From the NCBI GenBank assembly GCA_029259675.1, contig JAJDES010000191.1:1-44351 (forward strand): DNA of 44,351 bases, in the 5' to 3' direction. This DNA comes from Planctomycetota bacterium. GTDB lineage: Bacteria; Planctomycetota; UBA1135; GCA-002686595. The notes under the pieces were generated by a model. The model did not search any database. It saw only the letters and a program-made list of their open reading frames with translations, and had not been told where the DNA came from. This document shows, in pieces, positions 9,458 to 17,150 of this stretch; the first letter of the stretch is position 1, and each line of letters begins with the position of its first letter. A program made the position numbers and the translations under genes.

Positions 9458-10663
9458 TCAACTCTGGGCTGAAACGGTGGCGTGTTGCTTCTTCTCCGAT
9501 GCGACCTCGTCGTAGAGGGAGAGCATGGATTGGAAGTGGCGCTCCCAGGAGTATTGCTTGGCTGTGGATCTTGCGGCGCGGCCCATGCGTTCCGCAAGCT
9601 CAGGTTCGGCAGCAAGTGCGCGCAAGTGTTGAGCGATTGTTTGCGCGTCGCGGGGGTCCTCGAGCACCCAACCGTTGACGTCGTGTTCGATCAGTTCGGC
9701 GGCACCCGCTGCGCGCGCGACGATGGGAGGAACCCCGGTTGCCAGCGCTTCGAGCACGACATTGCCAAAGGCGTCAAAGCGCGTCGGCAAGACGAAGGCG
9801 TCGGACAGAGCGTGCCAAGCGTCGATCTCTTTTTGCGGGCCGAAAATTTGAATGATGTCGGCCACCCCCCGACGTTCGATGTCGGCTTTGATCTCGGCCA
9901 GCATGGCGGGGCGTTCGTTGCCCACGACCGCGATTAATGGTTTCCGATCACCCGGAAAGCCTTCGCGCTTGAGCAGCTCCGCAGTGTCGATCAGAGTCGG
10001 AACGCCCTTGCGGTGATAATCGTTGCCGATACACAAAGCGACAAAAGCGTCTGTGGACAGACCGAAACGCTGGCGGGCTTCAACGCCGAGCGCAGCGCGA
10101 TGACTTGGTTGAAAGCGCTCCGTATCGATGCCGTTGTAGATCGTGACGACCTCACTGTCGTTCAATCCATACCTGCGCTGGATCTGATCCTTGCAAAGAT
10201 CCGCCATGGTCACGATGCGCAAGAAGTTGCCCCGCTTGTGCCGCCGCTTCTCAATTGCCAAGACTTCGCGCTGATACAGGCCGTGACGTTTTAGAGTTCG
10301 CCGCAGGGTGCCCCCGCGACCTTCAGCGATCGAGTAAGCCTGGTAATCGAGCAAGCAGCCTGAACCGTCGGTGTAGATGTCCTGACTCGAACTCTTTGAA
10401 AATCCGTGCACGATATCGAAGTCTTCGCGCCGCACGTGCTCACGCAACCACGCGTCGTAGTGCCGTACTTTCATGAAGCGCACAGCTTTCCAGTGGTTTG
10501 GAATCCTGTGCAAAAGCACCTCGGGCAAAACCTCGTCATCCCAAAAGTGGCAGAAGAAATGTACTTCGTGCCCCTCAGCCAAGAGACGGCGTACAAGATC
10601 GTAGATGTAGCGCTCGACGCCGCCGCGAGCAATGTAGCGGGTGTGCGTAATCGCGATTTTCAT
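9458..10663 (-). CDS. GT4 (group 1, WaaG/RfaG-like) glycosyltransferase
   Basis: 401 aa. The N-terminus MKIAITHTRYIARGGVERYIYDLVRRLLAEGHEVHFF and the C-terminal E-x7-E region (AFVLPTRFDAFGNVVLEALATGVPPIV) are typical of retaining GT-B enzymes. Confidence 0.8.
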   Translation of the reverse strand: MKIAITHTRYIARGGVERYIYDLVRRLLAEGHEVHFFCHFWDDEVLPEVLLHRIPNHWKAVRFMKVRHYDAWLREHVRREDFDIVHGFSKSSSQDIYTDGSGCLLDYQAYSIAEGRGGTLRRTLKRHGLYQREVLAIEKRRHKRGNFLRIVTMADLCKDQIQRRYGLNDSEVVTIYNGIDTERFQPSHRAALGVEARQRFGLSTDAFVALCIGNDYHRKGVPTLIDTAELLKREGFPGDRKPLIAVVGNERPAMLAEIKADIERRGVADIIQIFGPQKEIDAWHALSDAFVLPTRFDAFGNVVLEALATGVPPIVARAAGAAELIEHDVNGWVLEDPRDAQTIAQHLRALAAEPELAERMGRAARSTAKQYSWERHFQSMLSLYDEVASEKKQHATVSAQS

Positions 10664-10734
10664 GGTGAGGTTGGCGCTCGGAGAGTCCGCTTAGAGCCCC
10701 CGAAGTGTAGCTCTCTCATTCGCCTCTGTCTCAT

Positions 10735-10764
10735 GGCCACACATTATGGGGCCACACATTATGG
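10735..10764. repeat. Perfect tandem direct repeat GGCCACACATTATGG x2 (plus a partial third copy)
   Basis: Read directly: ...tcatGGCCACACATTATGGGGCCACACATTATGGgcctcac... It lies in the 136-bp gap between the decarboxylase stop and the GT4 start, both on the minus strand. Confidence 0.9.
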
Positions 10765-10799
10765 GCCTCACTTGGCTCGCAGTTGGCAATTCAGCTGAA

Positions 10800-12218
10800 T
10801 CAAACCGCCGCTGGTTGAACAATGCGTTTCAAGACTTCGATCAACGCGTCTAAATGCCGCTCGCGCGTGTAGATGTTGACCATATTCATTCGCAGCCAAA
10901 GTCGGCCGTCGTGATTCACGGTGGAGAACCAGGCCACGCCATCGTCTGAGACGGCTAGGGCAATTCGACTTTGCTCGGCGTCCATTTGCTCGGGACTGGC
11001 CCCGGCGCGCTCAAAACGCGAGCAAACGACCGAGAGTTCTCCACCGGGCATGACGTGGAAGCCGATGGCCTCCAATTTTTTCTCGAGCAAGCGGGAAAGA
11101 TCGACGTTTCTGCGCACGGCCTCGCGCACTGCACCCCAGCCGTGGATGCGCAGGGCCATCCATGCCGTAAAGCCCGACGCACGCCGCGAGGTTGGCAGAC
11201 CCCGTTGCCAGGCTCCGACGCTGTTGCAAGTTGGAATGTAGGAGGCGGCGAGGTCAAAGGTTGCCAATTCGCTATCGGGGTGGCGATGAAGCAACAGGGC
11301 GCAAGTTAGCGGTACAAAGAACCATTTGTGTGGATCGATGGAAATCGAGTCTGCGCGCTCGATGCCCTGCGTGCGTGGATTTAGTTCATCGAGCAAGAGT
11401 GCTGCGCCGCCGTAGCATGCGTCCACGTGCAACCAAACATTGCGCTCGGCGCAAATCGTTGCAATCGCATCAATCGGGTCGATCGCACCGGTACCCGTCG
11501 TTCCAAGCGAAATGACAACGGCCAGGGGTAGCGCTCCCGCTTCGATGTCGCGGTCGAGGCATTTGGCGAGCTCCTCAGCAATCATTTGGCCGCGCCCCGT
11601 GGACTTCACTCGAACCACATCCCGATTGGCTACGCCCAAAGTGGCTGCCGCGCGCGACACTGAGAAGTGCACCGCGTCGCTGGTGTAGAGCCTTGGAGCT
11701 CCACTCAATGATTGCGGTCCCTCGCTGCGCCACTGGGGCAATTGGGTGTCGCGCGCCAACTGCAAACCCTGCAGGGTTGCAAAAGATCCACCGGGGAGAA
11801 CCATACCGGCGGCACCGGACTCCCAACCAACTAGTTTCGAGAAGGCGCGCACAACTTCAGCTTCGGCGGCGCTCATTGCCGGGCTTTGGTGGTAGCCCCC
11901 GCAGTTGTTGTTGAGGCCTGAAACAATGAGATCGGCGAGAATTCCGCCCGGCATGGGCGTCGAATTCACAAGACCCAAGTACAGCGGATGCGTGATCGCC
12001 ATCGACTTCGGCAGCACGTCGCGCTCAACTTCCTGCAACATCGCTTCCCAACCGATTCCGCGCTCCGAAAGCGTGCCTTCATAGGAGCGGAAAAGCCCCG
12101 CCTTCGAATAGGAGGGACAAACTTCGCGCTCTTCGAGTTGATCGTAGAAGCGACCCAACACCTCAGCCCCTTCGACAACCGCCTGGCGCAGGAAGTCCGC
12201 ACTTGCTTCAGGTTTCAT
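10800..12218 (-). CDS. Group II pyridoxal-phosphate-dependent amino-acid decarboxylase
   Basis: Track ORF 10800..12257 starts at TTG. I prefer the ATG at 12218 (MKPEASADF...), which follows a GGAG. The PLP-lysine motif SISIDPHKWFFVPLTCALLL and the HVDACYGGAAL block are characteristic of the DDC/GAD/DABA-decarboxylase fold. The substrate cannot be determined. Confidence 0.8.
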   Translation of the reverse strand: MKPEASADFLRQAVVEGAEVLGRFYDQLEEREVCPSYSKAGLFRSYEGTLSERGIGWEAMLQEVERDVLPKSMAITHPLYLGLVNSTPMPGGILADLIVSGLNNNCGGYHQSPAMSAAEAEVVRAFSKLVGWESGAAGMVLPGGSFATLQGLQLARDTQLPQWRSEGPQSLSGAPRLYTSDAVHFSVSRAAATLGVANRDVVRVKSTGRGQMIAEELAKCLDRDIEAGALPLAVVISLGTTGTGAIDPIDAIATICAERNVWLHVDACYGGAALLLDELNPRTQGIERADSISIDPHKWFFVPLTCALLLHRHPDSELATFDLAASYIPTCNSVGAWQRGLPTSRRASGFTAWMALRIHGWGAVREAVRRNVDLSRLLEKKLEAIGFHVMPGGELSVVCSRFERAGASPEQMDAEQSRIALAVSDDGVAWFSTVNHDGRLWLRMNMVNIYTRERHLDALIEVLKRIVQPAAV

Positions 12219-12352
12219 CTCATTGCACTCCGCCACCCGCCCCTGGGAAATGTCCAAATTGTCTACCTACAGTGCGGAAGATTGCCCGTCGGCGCAATCT
12301 TGTAAGCCGCCCCTGCTTCTTTCTTGCGCAAGTTTTATCCCACCCATCCGGG

Positions 12353-12366
12353 GATCGCGCGCGATC
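12353..12366. promoter_or_regulatory. Perfect 14-bp palindrome GATCGCGCGCGATC in the divergent decarboxylase/wzt intergenic region
   Basis: Read directly. It is a possible operator, but GC-rich palindromes are common in this genome. Confidence 0.2.
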
Positions 12367-12671
12367 TTGGCAAGCGCCATGGTTCGAGCGCATATTGCGT
12401 CCAAAGTGCGGATGCTCTTCTCTCCTTGAGTCCCCACCCCGGGCTTGGGTACGTGATGGTCCACGATGCAATCGCAAGCACATGTTGAGCAGTCCCCCCA
12501 CAGTTCCTCAGGGCCCCGTGAGTGTTGGGGTCATTGGGAGTGCAACCATGGCTGAAATGCAAGCAACCCCGCCCAAGCTTCAAACTAACCGCCCAACTAT
12601 TCGTGATAGAATTTCGCTTGGATTAGCAAGTGCGGCGATGGCAATCACTGTTCGAGGCTGGTCCGAACGAT

Positions 12672-13916
12672 ATGACCAAGAACGCAATTCAAACCGAGAA
12701 GCTCGGCAAAGCCTATCGGATTTACCCCAACAATCTTGCGCGATTGATCGAGGGATTGAGCTTGGGTCGGCTTCCCAGACATCGCGAGTTTCGGGCCTTG
12801 CACGACCTGAGTTTTTCCGTTCCGCGAGGCAGCAGCCTTGGAATTTGCGGTTCGAATGGAGCCGGCAAATCAACATTGCTCGAAGTACTCGCCGGAACCA
12901 AAAGCCCAAGCTCCGGGCGCTACCGCATTGATGGCCGCATTACGAGCTTGCTCGATTTAGGTGCCGGGCTCCTGTCCGGCGCAACGGGTCGTGAGAATGC
13001 ACGCACCAGTGGAATTCTACGCGGTTGGCGCGGTTCAAAGTCCAATCAGCTTATTGAACAAGTACACGAGTTTTCCGAGCTGGGCGAATTCTTTGATGCT
13101 CCATTACGAACGTATTCGGCCGGAATGGCTGTGCGCTTGGGCTTTAGCATCGCCATGTCGCTGCAGCCGGATGTGTTGATCTTGGATGAAGTCTTTGCCG
13201 TTGGAGACAGCTACTTTCAAAAGAAGTGCGTGGACCGTTTATCGAAATTGCGGAAGTCCGGTGCGACTTTGCTTTTCTGCAGTCACAGCATTTACGACCT
13301 ACGACAGTTGTGCGATCGAGCCCTATGGCTGAATGGTGGCCAGGCAGCAGCGGTTGGCGATGTCGTTGAAGTCACCGGCGCCTACCAAGATTGGTATCGA
13401 AGCGGGGGATCCGAGCCACGCGACGAAGTCCGTATTCCAGTAACCGCATTGAGCGGCGCCCGCCACCACGCAAGCAATACATCAACGTCGCCCCGTCATC
13501 CCTCCATTCAATCAGCCCGGATCTACGAGCTCGGCACCAACAGGGAGCTGGATCGGGCGCGAACGGGAGATTCGATCGAAATTCAAATTCAATGGGATGC
13601 CGGAAGTACAAGCGCTCCGCTTCAGGTCGGGATCGGTTTCATTCGTCGCGACAATACTCTAGCCGCCGGTGCGGGCACCCATTTTGACGCCCGCCCGTTG
13701 CACGGCGAACATGGGTGCATAGCGCTCGAATTGCCGGAATTCCCGCTCCTGGCAGGCGAGTACATCGTTGCCGTTTGGTTGCTCGATGAAGAGGGCACCC
13801 ATCGCTATCACGAGTACAGCATGCCCAAGCCGCTACAGATCCATACCAACAGGCGTGAACCTGGTGTGTGCATTTTGCGACACACTTGGTCCGATCGAGA
13901 GCTGTCCAATTCGTGA
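12672..13916 (+). CDS. wzt: Wzt/TagH-type polysaccharide-export ABC transporter ATP-binding protein with C-terminal extension
   Basis: Start taken at the ATG at 12672 (MTKNAIQTEKLGKAYRI). Motifs present: Walker A GSNGAGKST, Wzt/TagH-style signature YSAGMAVRLGF, Walker B DVLILDEVFAVGD, H-loop FCSHS. About 170 further residues follow, as in Wzt proteins that carry a glycan-binding domain. Confidence 0.8.
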   Translation: MTKNAIQTEKLGKAYRIYPNNLARLIEGLSLGRLPRHREFRALHDLSFSVPRGSSLGICGSNGAGKSTLLEVLAGTKSPSSGRYRIDGRITSLLDLGAGLLSGATGRENARTSGILRGWRGSKSNQLIEQVHEFSELGEFFDAPLRTYSAGMAVRLGFSIAMSLQPDVLILDEVFAVGDSYFQKKCVDRLSKLRKSGATLLFCSHSIYDLRQLCDRALWLNGGQAAAVGDVVEVTGAYQDWYRSGGSEPRDEVRIPVTALSGARHHASNTSTSPRHPSIQSARIYELGTNRELDRARTGDSIEIQIQWDAGSTSAPLQVGIGFIRRDNTLAAGAGTHFDARPLHGEHGCIALELPEFPLLAGEYIVAVWLLDEEGTHRYHEYSMPKPLQIHTNRREPGVCILRHTWSDRELSNS

Positions 13917-13989
13917 GTGGGAGCGATCGGACTTGGCGCAGCTCGATTCTGCGGAGCACGACGAAATTGGAGTTCGCCCTCAGCGCAAC

Positions 13990-14940
13990 TTAGAGATAGT
14001 CCATATCCCCAAAAGTCGTGTACGCAGCCTGGCGAATCTCAAATGATCGCATGGATGCGTCGGAAGATCGCCCGGCGTGAATCATGGAAGTGAATTCGAC
14101 TCGAAAGCCCAGCTCCTGAAAAAAAGCGAATTCGGGCATCGATTCAGGGAACCAGGCGACCAGTGTCGGTCTGCCATCCTGCAGCGCTAAAGTCGCGCAA
14201 GCATCGATCAATGCTTCGCGCGCCTTTGAATCCTCGCGCGGCACAACCCAATCAACAATCATCCAAATGTCTTCAACAAGACCGCCACGCCTTGCGACCG
14301 CTAGACCGCGCAGGCGGCCGCTGCCGTTTGTCGAACTGGCATCGCGAGCTTCAAGCAACACATATTCATTTGAAGGGCACTCGACGTAGCGCCAATTCAA
14401 ATAGGCCGCGGTACGCGAATAAGCAAGTTCTACGTCTGTGCGAAAGCGACCCCACAGCTCATCGAATTCCGCATCAAAACCCTGGATTGGGCGTACTTCA
14501 ACGCCGTTGGGTTCCCAAACGGTGTTAGCAATTGAGCGCATCGTCAATACATTCACATTGCGATAGAGCGAATGCTTGCAAAAGCGCTGGCCCATTCGAA
14601 AGTTCGCTGCCGTTGGGTAGCCCCAACCAATGAAATCCTTCGTGGAGTCGTCAAAAATCGATCTCTCCATGAATTCGTTGGCCATGCGCACAAAAGCGCC
14701 AACATGCCGCAATCCTCGTCGGCGCGAAGGCGCGAGCATGTTGTCCGTGGAATGAATGACCGCCCGCTCTTCATTGCGGCACCAAGTCGGAATGCGGATG
14801 CCACCGACGTGACCAACAATGGCCCCGTCTGACTCTTGAGTGGCGATTAAGGAGCAGGGCTCCGTGATCCCAACCCCATACTTCCATTCCCATGCTTTAA
14901 GGGTTGGCTGAACAGCCCCCTTGAATGAGAGTGAATACAA
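13990..14940 (-). CDS. GNAT-fold (acyl-CoA N-acyltransferase-like) protein, start codon uncertain
   Basis: The track ORF starts at TTG 14940. The frame is open upstream to 15048 and encodes a plausible N-terminus (IAIKYTIRPSEAEDAPHLLDLYSLSF), but with no ATG/GTG/TTG in that stretch. Motifs: GHVGGIR..STDNMLAPSRRRGLRHVGAFVRM (acetyl-CoA-binding-like) and AAYLNWRY. Confidence 0.55.
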   Translation of the reverse strand: MYSLSFKGAVQPTLKAWEWKYGVGITEPCSLIATQESDGAIVGHVGGIRIPTWCRNEERAVIHSTDNMLAPSRRRGLRHVGAFVRMANEFMERSIFDDSTKDFIGWGYPTAANFRMGQRFCKHSLYRNVNVLTMRSIANTVWEPNGVEVRPIQGFDAEFDELWGRFRTDVELAYSRTAAYLNWRYVECPSNEYVLLEARDASSTNGSGRLRGLAVARRGGLVEDIWMIVDWVVPREDSKAREALIDACATLALQDGRPTLVAWFPESMPEFAFFQELGFRVEFTSMIHAGRSSDASMRSFEIRQAAYTTFGDMDYL

Positions 14941-15128
14941 GTCCAGAAGATGGGGGGCATCTTCGGCCTCGCTTGGCCGGATTGTGTATTTGATTGCGAT
15001 TACCTGCCACCTCGAATTCGTGCGATTTAACGAGCAACTTATGCAAGTTCATGAATTCGCGCGAGCCTCAAATCAAGCGCATGGGCATGATAGTAAATAA
15101 GCTAAACTTCGAAGCAATTCCCAACTTG

Positions 15129-15154
15129 ATTGGACGAATTTATTGGACGAATTT
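15129..15154. repeat. Perfect tandem direct repeat ATTGGACGAATTT x2 in AT-rich divergent promoter region
   Basis: Read directly at 15129-15141 and 15142-15154, between the GNAT gene (-) and the APH-fold kinase gene (+). Confidence 0.9.
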
Positions 15155-15334
15155 CGCTTGCCGTTGTTTTTTTTGCACCCTTGTTTATCGGTAGCCAATG
15201 AGCTTGAAGATTCTATGCACACTGCTTCGGCCCGTAACTGGCCAAGCACTCGCGTTAATTCCGATGCAATCATACTGGATTCATCATTGCTGTGAATTGG
15301 CCTGGGGACGCCACCTGCGAAGGAATGGCTTACA

Positions 15335-16351
15335 ATGAATCAAGACACCCTGCCCATGCGTCAAGTTGGCGAAGCCCTCGCTTTTTCGCGAATAGACCTT
15401 GATGGCTCCGAGCTTTCCGTGTCGCCATTGGCCGCCGGAGTTCTATCGGAAACTTTCTTGTTGTGCGCTGGCGAAGAAAACTGGGTTTTGAAGCTATATC
15501 GAATTCGCTTGAGAGATGAAATTCTTGGCGATGCCGACCCGCGCATGCGAGCCGCGTCTCGACTGCTTTCGATCCCACCGTTTTTTTCAAAATCAAAGGA
15601 TCGCATCGAGGCCTTTCAGCAATGCACGGATTTGGAGTTGCCTCGCATTCTGGGCGAAGGCGTGCTTTCCGACGGATCTTGGTTCACGCTCATGACCAAA
15701 TCCCCGGGTCTCCCCTGGGCGCCGAGCATAGAGCAAACCGCACGACCCAACGATCTCTCCACAGAGCTCGGCGGCCTATTGCGCCAACTTCACCACGCCG
15801 AGCTTCCGCACAATCACGCTTGGGCGAAGCAAATCAACTGGGCTGACGAATACGAGGCTCTTTGCCACACGTTCGTAGACCACTTCCCGTCCATGATCAT
15901 CCGCGAGGAATCCCAGAGAGCATCACTGCGATTGCGCATGGACGCCATCTTGAATGAATTCCGAAATTGTGATCCTGGCCCAACCGTGCTCTGCCACGGT
16001 GACTTTGGAGGCGAAAACATTTTGGTAGATCGCTCGGCTAGCTTGACCGGACTCGTGGACTTTCAATTAAGTTGCCTCGCGCCGGAAGCCATGGATTTCC
16101 GTTGGATCGAACAATTCCATGCGGGGGCCTTTCTGGGTGCCTATGGTTGGGATTCAAAGCGAGAGGCGGAGGCCCGTTGGCTGGGAACCTTCTTCCAAAT
16201 GATTTGGGAGGGCCTAATCATTGTGAGCGTTCAGCGTTACTCGAACTTTCAAATCGGCGCCTTGACTTGGGAGCAGGCGCGCAAGCGCTTGAATGGCTTA
16301 CTCGACAAGTTGCAAGTCGAGCCGCAACATTACCTTCAGCGCTCGCGGTGA
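15335..16351 (+). CDS. Aminoglycoside-phosphotransferase / choline-kinase-fold (APH family) kinase
   Basis: 338 aa. Brenner motif VLCHGDFGGENILVD followed by GLVDFQLS. N-terminal nucleotide lobe ETFLLCAGEENWVLKLYR. ATG preceded by GAAGGAA. Confidence 0.75.
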   Translation: MNQDTLPMRQVGEALAFSRIDLDGSELSVSPLAAGVLSETFLLCAGEENWVLKLYRIRLRDEILGDADPRMRAASRLLSIPPFFSKSKDRIEAFQQCTDLELPRILGEGVLSDGSWFTLMTKSPGLPWAPSIEQTARPNDLSTELGGLLRQLHHAELPHNHAWAKQINWADEYEALCHTFVDHFPSMIIREESQRASLRLRMDAILNEFRNCDPGPTVLCHGDFGGENILVDRSASLTGLVDFQLSCLAPEAMDFRWIEQFHAGAFLGAYGWDSKREAEARWLGTFFQMIWEGLIIVSVQRYSNFQIGALTWEQARKRLNGLLDKLQVEPQHYLQRSR

Positions 16352-17070
16352 TCGTTGTAGTACCCACCTGAACCAGCACGACTGTGAAATACATAGGTGT
16401 CGAGAGCAATCGCCGCACGCCCTTGGACCTGACTCCAAAATTCGTCCCAGCTGCGCTCCCGTTGGTGAAAGGACTCAAAGTCCCGCAGGTATTCGCTCAA
16501 AACGGCTTGTGATTGGCGCCGCGCTAACAAGCAAAATCCACTTGGCTTTGCCAGCCTCAACATGCCGCGGAAATCACTTTCGACTTGCGCGGCCAACTCC
16601 AAAACTTCCCTGGTACTGGGAAGCGGTTGCGCCGGTAAGGATTCTGCCACAATGGGAGTTTCCCGGTGATTGGACGCACCGGAAGCCACTCCGCCATGCA
16701 CCGGGTGCTCATTGGGAAGGATTGCGTTTAGATCCGGATTTCCTTCGAGATGTGACTTTAGTTTCGACAACCAGCCCGGGGTCACAATCGTGTCGGAATT
16801 CAATAGGCAGATCCAATGATCCTCGTCGCGCAGTTGCTCCATAGCTTGCAGCGTCCCCTCTGCCCAGCCGACATTCGTCGTATTGGCGATAACGGAAAAA
16901 CGTTCATCGCGCTGGCTCAACGAACTCAGATAATCCGCCGTCTCATCTTCACTTCCATTGTCCACACAAATTGCGCGATAGGGCAAATCTGTAAACGAGC
17001 GCAAGCTGCGTACACAGCGAGCCGTAGTCGTTTCAAAGTGATTCCAACAAACAATCAAGATTGCGATCAT
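16336..17070 (-). CDS. GT2 family glycosyltransferase
   Basis: 244 aa. MIAILIVCWNHFETT...AICVDNGSEDETADYL and ICLLNSDTIV (DXD-like) are typical of the GT-A fold. The 3' end overlaps the convergent kinase gene by 16 bp. Confidence 0.75.
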   Translation of the reverse strand: MIAILIVCWNHFETTTARCVRSLRSFTDLPYRAICVDNGSEDETADYLSSLSQRDERFSVIANTTNVGWAEGTLQAMEQLRDEDHWICLLNSDTIVTPGWLSKLKSHLEGNPDLNAILPNEHPVHGGVASGASNHRETPIVAESLPAQPLPSTREVLELAAQVESDFRGMLRLAKPSGFCLLARRQSQAVLSEYLRDFESFHQRERSWDEFWSQVQGRAAIALDTYVFHSRAGSGGYYNDHRER

Positions 17071-17150
17071 GAACGCAGTTCTGCTTCAAAGGTCCGTTCC
17101 CCAATCGCTCCAATCTGATTGCTTGAGTTCTGCATTCAAGACATTAGGGG

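Noticed and set aside
12371-12384. tRNA-like T-loop strings (GGTTCGAGCG here and AGTTCGAATCT at 33927-33937)
   Set aside because: The flanking bases do not form a 5-bp T-stem, and no acceptor, D or anticodon arms can be drawn. I found no tRNA genes in the window.
12203-12931. 242-aa plus-strand ORF upstream of and overlapping wzt, as a candidate for the missing Wzm permease
   Set aside because: Its translation has no hydrophobic helices (a Wzm needs about six), it is Arg/Pro/Ser-rich, and it overlaps the wzt start in another frame.
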